From the human T2T-CHM13v2.0 reference genome, Homo sapiens, in the NCBI RefSeq assembly GCF_009914755.1, contig NC_060936.1: 64,000 bases of DNA; one strand, written 5' to 3'. The notes under the pieces are model-generated. The model had not been told where the DNA came from. It did not search any database and was given only the letters and a program-made list of their open reading frames with translations. Below are positions 52,401-64,000 of the stretch, in pieces. The position numbers were made by a program, and so were the translations under genes. The stretch's first letter is position 1, and every line of letters begins with the position of its first letter.

Positions 52401-55400
52401 GGAAAGGTGAAAAGGGTGTCAAGAGAGGATATATCATTCACCCGTCTATCCCCTCCTTCAAAAATTTGACTTGCTTTTGCGGAAGTCACATTAGAGTAAG
52501 GTAGGAAACCATGTGTACTTTGAGAAAGAATCCCAGGTGGCTCGGAATCACCACCCCCATCCTTTTTCTTCCCAGATTCTTCTCAGGTTGAGAATCATGG
52601 CTGTATTTTTTTTCCTTTTTCCAAAAATAATATATAAATATGAGCACAGAAAAAATGTCCAGAAACATGTTAATTGTAATTATCTTTGCAGGAAAAATAT
52701 TTAGGATTTTATTTTTTGATTTTTTATTTGTTGGATTTTTTATTAATGAAAGCCCTAATTTTCACTTTTAATAATCAAATAAACAAGAAACTTGATATCC
52801 TTGAAAACTGCTATTGGAGAAGTCAGGTAACAGCAACCTATAGACAACCACAATCAAAACAAGCTAAAAAAAGTCCCTAACAATGGATATATTTCGTACT
52901 AAACCATAATTACATGCTTCGACCCAAGAAGCTAGATAATCAAGTGCGTGGCATAAATAATCTGGAGAAGGAGTAAAAGTTAAGAATCAACAGCTGGAAA
53001 ATAACAGCAAGGTGTCAAAAAACCTAAGTTTCTAAAATCATGAAGTATACTGACAGTCATAAAAAATGGGTGCATATCCATAAAAAATATTAAGCAGAAA
53101 TTTAGAAAAAAAATGTATTTCTTTATATGATAGACAGAAATCTCACATTACCCCCAGAAGAGAATGGAGACAGCATATATAAATGGGTTAAAGAAAGAAT
53201 TCTTGCATAATAAAATTAATACTAGATTATTAAGAGAAAATGAAGAATTCAGGAGTATGATTCTAAATATTTTAGTTGGACATTAGGAAATTCAACCACA
53301 CATTTCCCTGTAAAACATCTTTTATTTTTCTTGCCAGAGACAAGAGACCCGAGTTGAATGAATCTGGGTCTAACCAAAATGGCAAGGCTTTTTTTTTCCA
53401 TTATAAATTCCAAATTAATGGAATACAAAGTAATGATAGCCTACCACTTATTATTTCTGCTCAAAATTGGTAATTTAAGGATTTAAGTGGAAATATTAGT
53501 GGAATAATTTTTTATAGCTTTGCTAAGAAGATTCAAAAATAACACAAAAGTTAATGTTACTCAATTTTTTTTGTTGTTTTCTATGCATTTGGTGTTCAAG
53601 TGAGACTTGTGGTTTAACAGAATTTGGCTGTGCCTGTGCCTGGTTCTTCTGGTTTCTGGAATAGGTAAAGTCACCCCTCTCCCCAAATAAAAAGAGAAAA
53701 ATTATTAGAAAAGAGATGAACAATTGCTGTGGACAAAAAGGGAAAAGGATTGGGGTTAAAACTAGAGTATGGCAAGTGAGGAATGAGACAACAGTTTAAA
53801 ATATGTTTAAGAAAGATAGATTCTGGCCAGGCCTGTGGCTTATGGACGTTCTTTTATTTCAGCTTCCTATTCAAAGAAATATTCTGGCTTGTCACTGTTT
53901 TTACAATCTGACATCACATATTGTCCAAAGACAGAATTTTCTTAAATTAGATGGAAATTTCTTTTGCAAACTGATCTTAATCTGCACTTTTGATTGCTAT
54001 TCTTCACCCCATTCTTATCCAAGAATTAGTAGAAATCTTCTTCCTGAAAAGTTATATCAGTCATTACAATTAACTAGGTATTGGATTGCTTAAATTCATA
54101 ATTCTTTGCTCCGATAGTTCCCAGAATTATGACAAGTATTCTTTTGTTAATATGTTTCTTTCCTTGTTCCTTTTTTGCACGAGCACACAAATGCCTTTTC
54201 TGTTTAGAAGTTCACCCGATCTAGGCTCTGTTCCCCCACAATCTCCACCCCTGTTGAAGTCATAAGTTTCTGAATATGACCTCGTAGTCTAGACTTACTG
54301 CTGATGTGTGTATTGTCACGTACAGGATCTTATAAAGTCAGCGACGTGCATGTAGATGCAGGCCTGCTAGAGGATTTTGCAAGGTACATGGTGACGCACA
54401 CGTCCATGTTTTGTTCACTGGGCAGGATTGACCCCACAGGCTGTTAAGATTGGTTACTATTTTCCAAATATTTCTAATGGAAGACTTAACAATGAAAAAG
54501 CCAGACCTAATTGCTCTTATTTCATCAGTTAGTAAGAACAGGCAAACGTTTCTCTTTTAAATTAGTTCAGATACTTGTCTTGAGTTAAGTAACCATTTCT
54601 TTCATTATGAAGGTGTTTGGTTTTTGAGCTGTTGCTTTGTCATGCAGTTCTGTGTTTCTCTGAAACTTAGTTTTTAAGAGATTTAAGAAAATGTTTTCAT
54701 AAGATTATATGCAATCCAAATGGCACGGGAAAGAAGTACCAAACACCTTCCTTCATTCAGCTATTCTCTGTCTCTAGTCATTTTCTCTATTCATTTGTTA
54801 TTCATTCAACCAACATGCATTGAGCACATATTATGCACTAAGTATAATTAAACCACTGAAGTGAAGATGAATGAGACATGTTTGCTAGCCTTACAGGCCT
54901 CTAGGATTGATTGAGTCCCCCTCATGTTATAAACTACCACATAATGAGAAAAATGCTAATGGAGACATTGCACCTCCATGCTCATTTACGAGAATGATCA
55001 TAAGAAGATGCACATAAGGGGTGATGTTTATGGAATCTTTTAAAGACTGAGCAGGAATTTGCCAGGTGCACAAGAGGGGAAAACCTTTCAGGCAAATGCA
55101 CCAGCCTGTCGAGCAACATTGAAATGTGAACTAGCATGGCATGTTTGCAAGAAGACAGTCGAGGCTGAACCTAGGTAGTGGTTCAGTAAGGCAGTAAGGC
55201 AAATCAGGGAGATAAAATTAATGGGGCGAGAAGGAGCCAAATCAGGAAGGGCTGTTTATGTTCATCAAGGAAAGGAGGTGATGTTTTTTCTTACGGGTGT
55301 TCTAAGTCACTGAAAGGTGTTAAACAGAGAAGAAACATAGTTTTGTGCTTTAAGTACCAGAAGCAAAAATGTAGGCTACAGATTCAAGAGGAAAAAAAGG

Positions 55401-55854
55401 TAGGAGAGCCTGCCAGCAATGAGAACTGGTAGGAGGCTACTGCAGCAGAACAGGCAGGAAATGATGAGGCTTGGAAGCGAGACAGAAGCAGTGGTGCTGG
55501 AGTGGATTCCATGTATATCCATAGAGTCGCTGAGACTGAATGACTGATTGGATACGTGAGTAAGGAAGAGGAAGTGATCCCGAAGTTTCTAACTTGGACA
55601 CTAAGATATAATTAAATGAAAGGAAGTTGGACTGGAAAGATGATAAAAGAGAATTTAATTTTGGATATGTTAAGTTTAAGGCATTTGTGATAGATTTAGC
55701 AGGATATCTATTAGGAGCCTAGCAAGTCTGAAGTTCAAGAGAGGGGTTTATACTGAAGATAAAAAGTTGAGAGTCATAAATACATGGTACTTGATATTAT
55801 AGGAGTCGGTGAGATTACCCTGGGAGAGTGTATAGAAGAAAACAACAAGTGCAA

Positions 55855-56430
55855 GTCCCGGCACTTTGGGAGCTTGAAGCAGGAGGATCTCTGGAAGCCA
55901 GGAGTTCGAGACTAGTCTGGGTGAAATAGTGAGACCCTGTCTCTACAAAAAAAAAAAAAAAAAAAATTAAGAAGCCAGGTGATATGGTTTGGCTGTGTTC
56001 CCACCCAAATCTCATCTTGAATTGTAGCTCCCATAATCCCCACATGTTGTGGTAGGACCTGGTGGGAGGTAATTGAATCATGGGGGCAGGTTTTTCCCAT
56101 GCTGTTCTGGTGACAGTGAGTAAGTCTCATGAGATCTGATGGTTTTATATAGGGCAGTTCCCCTGCACACACTCTCTTGCCTGCAGCCATGTAAGTTGTG
56201 CCTTTGCTTCTCCTTCACCTTCCACCATGATTGTGAGGCCTCCCCAGCCATGTGGAATTGTGAGTCAATTAAACGTCTTTTTCTTTATAAATTACCCAGA
56301 GTCAGGTATTTCTTCATAGCAGTATGAAAGTGGACTAATGTAGTCTTAGCTACCCAGGAGGCTGAGGCAGGGGGATCATTGAGCTCAGGAATCATATTTC
56401 AGCCTGGGTGACAAAACATGACCCCACTGA

Positions 56431-56470
<40 letters not shown>

Positions 56471-56530
56471 GAAAGAAAGAGAGAAAGAAAGAAAAGAAGA
56501 AGGAAGAAAGAGGAAGGAAGGAAGGGGAGA
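55855..56530 (+). mobile_element. AluJ-like split by THE1, with (GAAA)n tail
   Basis: Left arm 55855-55979; right arm 56340-56428; GAAA tail to ~56530. Confidence 0.85.
55980..56339 (+). mobile_element. THE1 solo LTR (THE1C/D-like)
   Basis: tgatatggtttggctgtgttcccacccaaatctcatcttgaattgtagc..gtggactaat. Confidence 0.92.
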
Positions 56531-57410
56531 AAAAACAAGTGTAAGGACAAAATCTTATCTTGGAGAAAATTCAGAGTGTAAAAGAAACTAATGTAGAAAA
56601 AGAAACTAAGGAAGGAGAAGATGGAGCAAATGGAAGTAGAAGATTAAGTAATTGCCATATAAAGGCAAACATTTCAAATGGCGCTTGGTAAATATTTTAA
56701 ATTTTTTTGTAAAATAGGTTGAGATAATAACTGAAAAGTGCTCATCAGATTTTAAAGCTACAGAGTCTTTGGAAGCCATCACAAGAACAACGTTTTGGGA
56801 GCAAAGCAGGGAGAAGTCAGACTGCAATGGATTCAAGAGCGAAAAAGGAAGGGAGGGAGTAACAACATCAGGGTGGGTTACTTTTTTCAAGAAGTTTGAG
56901 TATGAATAAAAGGAGAAGGAGATCTCCTCCTCCTCCTCCTTCTTTCTTCTTCTCCTCCTCCTCCTTTCTTCTTTTCCTCCTTCTCCCCCCTCTTCTTCCT
57001 CCTCCTCCTTCTTCTCTTTCTTTGTTTTTAAGAAAGGAAACATTTTTCTCTAAAATAAAGGAAAAAGGCTCTATTCCATAGAGGTGCTCTGATTTGGGAG
57101 ACTGCTACAAACATCTGCTTTTAAGAATAATTTTTTCATCTTAGGTTTTTCTCATCTATAGTTATGTTTCCAGGAGCACAGTTTGATCTATAGCAGACCG
57201 ACCTCTATGTTAATAGCCTTTTGCCCTACAATAAGATTCTATTCTATTTACACAGAAGAGTATGTGGACTGAAGCCAACAACTAGAAAGAAAGGAAAATC
57301 ACTCAGTGAAATGAAATCTGCTCAGCAAAATGTGTAACAGTGTAACCATATATCATAGTATTTTTTATTATTTTCTCTTTACTAAGTTTATTTGATGGAT
57401 CAAGCATTAA

Positions 57411-57817
<407 letters not shown>

Positions 57818-58487
57818 TAACATACCTGAGCCTCTCTCTGTTTCCTTACATATGTAGAAAAAATGCAATGCATAAAGTGATTCGAATCCATATGGTTCTC
57901 ACATTTGGGAAATTTAAAACCTATTTCAGACATTACCTTAGCCAGCTTCACAGCTCTAAAAAACTGTTTTTCTGAACTCTATATTATCACCTTAGGTGGA
58001 AAGTAAGGTGTGTGTCATTATGTTGAATTCTGCCTTCTATTCCAGACAGTACAGCTTTTGCAAACAGTTTTGTCTGACTACATGGTTTTTTGAGTCCCAC
58101 AAATGAAGTACTCTGTTATCTACTTTTCCCACTCCCAGCCTCTATTTTACAGATGAGAAAACCTGAATGTATATCTTTACAGAGTTTGAAGACAGAGAAG
58201 AATCTTGAAGACTAAGGCTGCTTTTTGCTTGTAACTAAAAGCAGAATGACTGGAACTGGCAACAGGAAGGCTGTCTTGAAACCAGGCAGATTCTCTCTCA
58301 TTTCTCATTTCTCCTTCATTCTTCTGTGTTTCTTCAATCCTGCTTCCTCTATGTCTTAGTCAAAAAGGTAGAATATAGCCCTACTTTATATGCTACAACA
58401 TTAAATATGCCCTAAGCATAGAATACTGAATCTCTTTCTCTCCAACCACAGTTCCAAACCCCTGAGGGAAACACAGTGGTTCAGTTT

Positions 58488-59199
58488 GTAAGCCTAATGG
58501 ATGCTTCTTGCCGGCTGCACAGGTACAGCTGGTTCACTGAGACAGTGGTATTGCTATAACGCAAGAGTTTAATTAATGCAGGGCTAAACCATGTGCAATA
58601 CGGGAGTTGATTACTCAAATCAGTCTCCCTGAAAATTCGGAGACTAGGGTTATTTTAAGAATAATTTGGCAGGCAGGGGGCTAGGGAATGGGGAATGTTA
58701 ATTGGTCAGGCTGGTGATGAAATTACAACAGATCAAAGCTGTTTTCTTGCAGTCTTCAGTTCCTGGGTGGGATCACAAGACCGATTGAGCCAGTTTACGG
58801 GTCCAGGTGGCACTAGCAGGTGCATCAGAAAGCAGGGTCTGAAAAATACCTGTGACACTAACCTTAGGTTTTAAAATAGTGATGTTATCTATAGGTACAA
58901 TTGGGAGGTTATAATGCTTGTGACCTCTGGCTACATGACTCTTGAACCATAATTTCTAATCTTGTGACTAATTCGTTAGTTTTACAAATGTGATTTCAAT
59001 ACCCAAGCAAGGAGGGAGCAGTTTTTGGGAAGGGCTATTATCTTCCTTGCTGTAAGGTTAAACTATAAACTGAATTCCTCCTGAAGTTACCTTGGCCTAC
59101 ACCCAGGAATGAACAAGGTCTGCTCGGAGGTTAGACGCAAGATAGAGTCAGCTATGTCACATTTTTCTTACTGTCATGATTTTGCAAAGGTGCCTTCCA
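58488..59199 (-). mobile_element. LTR8-family ERV1 solo LTR (within an older MLT1-like remnant, ~58180-59290)
   Basis: Right end 'gattttgcaaaggtgccttcca' matches the reverse of the LTR8 start; internal 'ttactcaaatcagtctccctga', 'cctacacccaggaatgaacaagg'. Confidence 0.8.
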
Positions 59200-59699
59200 G
59201 TTTGGATTGAATATCCTCTCAGAATACAGTCAGCTGTGGTCCAAAAGTACAATCACATTGCCTAACATGGCTTCCAGGCATATATCTCTGTAGCTGGAAG
59301 CAGAAATAGTTAAAGGGATCATTGTAGGCCAAGCGGATATTAAGCAGATATTCTAAAATGTGTCCATTAGAAAAGCTACTCCCACTTTGTGTTATCAGAA
59401 ACGCTACTCCCATTTTGCCTCCACTCCCCATCCAAAACACACTATTCTATAGGTCAAGGTTATATGGGAGAATTCTTGATGCACTTCTCTTTTCACTACA
59501 TGATTTATCTTTCTTGACAATAGGCTGATTATCATTAAGTAAGCTGCAAGAAATGCCAGTCAGCTTCTTTTTACGCACTCTAAATCCCTTTCTCCTACTT
59601 TCCTATTCATTTCTTTCTGAGAAATTAAAGATAATGCTGCATGTATGTTAGAGAGACAATTTTTTTCAGAAGATCTTAGCCTGGTAGTAGCAATTCCTT

Positions 59700-61403
59700 C
59701 TTTTTTAACAATAAATTTTACTGTGTATATTTGAGTTTTTCATGTTGTTATGTGATACATGTAGATAGTAAAATGGTTACTGTAGTGAAGCAGGTTAGCA
59801 TATCGATCATCTCACATCGTTATCTTTTTGTGACAAGAGCAGCTAAAATCTACTTATTTAACAGAAATCCAATCCAATACAAATTTGTATTAACTTTATC
59901 CCTGTACATTAGATCTCTAAGCCTCTCTATCCTTCATATCTGCTATTTTGTATTCTTTGACTTATGTTTCTCCATTTCCTCTCCCTGCAACCCCACAGTG
60001 GTAACCACTGTTTCATTCTCCATTTCCGTGTATCTGGGCTATTTTTTTTCTTTAATTCCACATTTAAGTAAGATCATGCAATATTCTGTGTTTGGCTTAT
60101 TTCACTTAGTATAATGTCCCCAGGTCTATTCATGTTGTGGCAAATGGCAGGATCTTATTCTTAATAATATTCCATATGAGTGTGTGCCACACACACACTC
60201 ACACCTGCCACATTTTCTTTATCCATTTGTCTGTCAATGGACATTTAGGTTGTTTCCATATCTTGGCTATTGTGAATAATGGTGTAATGAACATGGGACT
60301 GTGGATATCTTTAAAAGGTGGTGATGTCACCTCCTTTGGGTATATACCCAGAAGAGGGACTGCTGGATACTATGGTAGTTCTGTTTTTAATTTCTTTAAG
60401 AACCTCCATATTCTTTCCTGTAATAGCTGCACCAATCTATATGCCTACCAATAGTGTAATAGAGTTCCCTTTTCTCCACATCCCTCACCAACTTTGTTAT
60501 CTCTTGTCTTTTTGCTAATAGCTATCCTTACGGGTATGAAGTGATATCTCATAGTGGTTTTGATTTGCATTTCCCTGATACTAAGTGGACGTTGAATACG
60601 TTTTCATACACCTGCTGGCCATTTTTATTTCTCCTTTGGAGAAATATCTGTTCAAGTCCTTTCCCCACTTTTTAATCAGATTGTTTTTCTCCTGTTGAGT
60701 TGTTAGAGATCTTTATAAATTTTGGATATTAACCCCTTATCAGATATGTGGTTTGCAAATACTTTTCCCAGTTTGTAAGTTGCTGTTTCACTTTGTTGAT
60801 TGTTTCCTTTGCAATGCAGAAGTGTTTTAGTTTGATGTAGTCTCCTTTATTTATTTTTGCTTTTGTAGCCTGTGCTTTTGGATTGATATCCAAAAACTAC
60901 TGCCAAGGCCAATGTTGAGGAGCTTTTCCCCTATGGCCAATATTGAGGAGATTTTCCCCTATGTTCTCTTCTAGAAGTTTTATGGTTTCGGGTCTTACAT
61001 TTAGGTCTTTTATTCATTTTGAGTTGATTTTTGTGATGAAGATTCAATTTCATTCTTCTGCATGTGGAGATCCAGTTTTCCCAGTACCTGCAGTAAATAT
61101 TTATTAAAGAGACTATTCTTCCTCCATTGTGTCCTTTTGGTGCCCTTGTTGAAAATAAGTTGGCCATCTAAGTTTTGATATATTTCTGGGCTCTATATTA
61201 TGTTCCATTGGTCTATGTTTCTGCTTTTATGCTAGTGCCATGCTGTTCTGATTACTGTAGCTTTGTAACATACAGAAAGTGTGATGCCTGTGACTTTTTC
61301 TCTCTCAGTATTGCTTTGGGATTTTTTTGTGGTTCCATACAAATTTTAGGATTGTTTTTTCTATTTCTGTGAAGAATTGCCATTAGAATTTTGATAGGGA
61401 TTT
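59700..61403 (-). mobile_element. L1MA-like 3' region
   Basis: 3' end 'atagtaaaatggttactgtagtgaagc'; reverse ORF2 C-terminus. Confidence 0.85.
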
Positions 61404-61585
61404 GCTTTCCTTTTTTAAAAAATAGATTTGGGAGTTACAGGTGCAGATTTCTTACAGGGATATATTGTGTAGTGGTGAAGTCTGGGCTTTTAGCCTACCC
61501 ATCAACTGAACATTGTACCTAGTAGGTAGTTTTTCAACCCTCACCCACCTCCCACCTTCCCCTCTTTTGGAGTTCCCGGTGTCTG

Positions 61586-61650
<65 letters not shown>

Positions 61651-63243
61651 ATGCTTTAAGTTCTAGGGTACATATGCACAACGTGCAAGTTTGTTACATA
61701 TGTATACATGTACCATGTTGGTGTGCTGCATCCATTAACTCGTCATTTACATTAGGTATATCTCCTAATGCTATCCCTCCCCCTGCCCCCCACCCCACGA
61801 CAGGCCCTGGTGTGTGATGTTCCCCTTCCTGTGTCCAAGTGTTCTCATTGTTCAATTCCCACCTGTGAGTGAGAACATGCGGTGTTTGGTTTTTTGTCCT
61901 TGCGATAGTTTGCTGAGAATGATGGTTTCCAGCTTCATCCATGTCCCTATAAAGGACATGAACTCATCATTTTTTATGGCTGCATAGTATTCCATGGTGT
62001 ATATGTGCCACATTTTCTTAATCCAATCTATCATTGATGGACATTTGGGTTGATTCCAAGTCTTTACTATTGTGAATAGTGCTGCAATAAACATACGTGT
62101 GCATGTGTCTTTATAGCAGCATGATTTATAATCCTTTGGGTATATACCCAGTAATGGGATGGCTGGATTAAATGGTATTTTTAGTTCTAGATCCTTGAGG
62201 AATCGCCACTCCCAGTGTCTGATATTTCAATCATTATGTCCATGTGTGCTTATTGTTTAGCTTCCACTTACCAGTGAGAACATGCAGTATTTGGTTTGCT
62301 GTGTCTGAGTGAGTTCACTTAGGATAATGACTTCCCACTCCATCCATGTTGCTGTAAAGGATACGATTTCATTCTTTTTTATTGCTGAGTAGTATCCCAT
62401 GGTGTATATATATGACATTTTCTTTATTTGGTCAACCATTGATGGACACTTGGGTTTGTTCCTTGACTTTGCTATTGTGAATAGCACTGTGATAAACATG
62501 AGGGCAGGTGTCTTTTTTACACTTCTTTTCCTTGGGTAGATGCCCAGTAGTGGGATTTCTGGGTCCAATGTAGTTCTATTTTTCAGTTTTCTGAGAAATC
62601 TCCATACTGTTTTCCATAGATGTTTAACTAATTTACATTCCCACCAATGGTGTATAAGCATTCCCTTTTCTCTGCATCCATGCCAACATCTGTTGTTTTT
62701 TTTGACTTTTATTAATAGCCATTCTGACTGGTGTTAGACGATAGCTCAGTGTGGTTTTAATTTGCATTTCTCTGATGATAGTGATATTGGACATTTTTTT
62801 CATGTGTTTGTTGGCTGCTTGTATTTCTTCTTTCGAGAAATGTCTGTTCATGTCCTTTGCCCAGTTTTTAATGGGGTTGTTTGTTTTTTCTTGTGAAGTT
62901 GAATTCCTTGTAGATTCTGGATATTAGCCCTTCATCAGATGCATAGTTTGCAAATATTTCTTCCCATTCTGTGGGTTATCTGTTTACTCATAATTGGTTC
63001 TTTGGCTGTGCAAAGGTTTTTAGTTTAATTAAGTCCCATTGTCTATTTTTGTTTTTATTGCATTTGCTTTTGAGGACTTGGTCATAAATTATTTGCCTAG
63101 GCCAATGTCCAGAAGAGTTTTTCCTAGGTTTTCTTCTAGGATTTTTATAGTTTCAGGTCTTACATTTCAGTCTTTAATCCTTCTTGAGTTAATTTTTGTA
63201 TATGGTGAGAGATATGAGTCCAGTTTCATTCTTCAGCATATGG
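61404..63243 (-). mobile_element. L1PB-like inserted in L1MA
   Basis: 3' end 'gtagtggtgaagtctgggcttttag'; 15-bp TSD ttttgatagggattt (61389, 63244). Confidence 0.88.
61590..62209 (-). mobile_element. L1PA 3' fragment inserted in L1PB
   Basis: L1PA 3'UTR; tail replaced by (CA)n(TA)n; TSD tccc(g/a)gtgtctgatat (61574, 62210). Confidence 0.92.
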
Positions 63244-63562
63244 TTTTGATAGGGATTTCTTAAGCTCGACCAGCATGTTTTTAAGTATATAAGTGGAGGG
63301 AGATTATCTCTAGAACACGGGGACAAAAGAATCAAAACACATGACCCTTGCTTCCCCAAAATGAATTTCCAAAATATTGAGAAATAGCATATGCACATAT
63401 GAACTAAATAGCAAAAGCAAACATCTAGCAATGTAAGCCATGCTGCGTATTGATTACTGAAGAAATGGAAAATAAGGACAAAGAACGGGAATCTTCAGGG
63501 AAATTTTTCTCATGAAGGGAAATTTTTAACAGGTCTTAAGGAAGATCATAGTAATTATACTT

Positions 63563-63770
63563 CAGAGGTTGCAAATTTATGGCCCATGTTTTGCTAGGCC
63601 AGCATGATGTTTTAAAAAACAACTTAGATTTGAATGCCTGTCTATGAAACATGCCTTATCCAGTTTAGCCATCCTTGGTACCACTACGTAGTGTTTTATT
63701 CCATCATTTACTCTATCGTGAGTATATTGTTTGCCTGTCAACTGAGTACATTTAAATTTGTAGCTCCTAG
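63563..63770. mobile_element. MER102-like hAT fragment
   Basis: cagaggttgcaaat..ggccc..tgttttaaaaaa..ttgaatgcc..tttgtagctcctag. Confidence 0.5.
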
Positions 63771-64000
63771 ATGTAAGTTGTCATAAAGTAGTGGGCAATC
63801 ATTCATTCTTGGGAGACGAGTATGTGCAAAGGCAAAGAGATGTGAGCCATAAATGTGTGTGTGTGAAATAGGGATGTAATAGAAATTGTCCTATATGAAG
63901 CTTAGAGACTGTTGGTGGAATTACAATAGATGAAAAATGGTTAGTTCCAGAAGGACCAAGTGATTGAGACCTGTAATTACTAGTCCAGAGAATTTAAATT

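Larger units (their letters stand above)
54785..56890 (-). mobile_element. L2 element, interrupted by Alu/THE1
   Basis: 'tcattcaaccaacatgcattgagcac..', 'aattttggatatgttaagtttaaggc', 'gggagaagtcagactgcaatggattcaagag'. Confidence 0.65.

Overview
Human-like (primate) genomic DNA: AT-rich, dense in Alu, L1, L2, MIR, LTR and DNA-transposon remnants, and including a young AluYb-lineage insertion. No intact protein-coding gene is supported; most track ORFs are repeat-derived or low-complexity. The main observation is a heavily decayed, apparently (near-)intronless pseudogene of a giant leucine-rich-repeat (LRR) transmembrane protein on the minus strand at ~19105->~5760. It shows a signal-peptide-like start, an LRRNT cap, dozens of typical 24-residue LRR remnants in several blocks separated by Cys caps (LRRCT-like), a TM helix followed by KRRKK, and a long cytoplasmic tail. 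LRR frames resume across about 11 insertions (L1PB, MER91, L2, tandem repeat, MSTA, MIRs, L1PA, MER5, THE1). Ancient MIR/L2/MER insertions suggest the gene died early in mammalian evolution. All calls come from manual reading and recalled consensus motifs, so subfamily names and boundaries are approximate.
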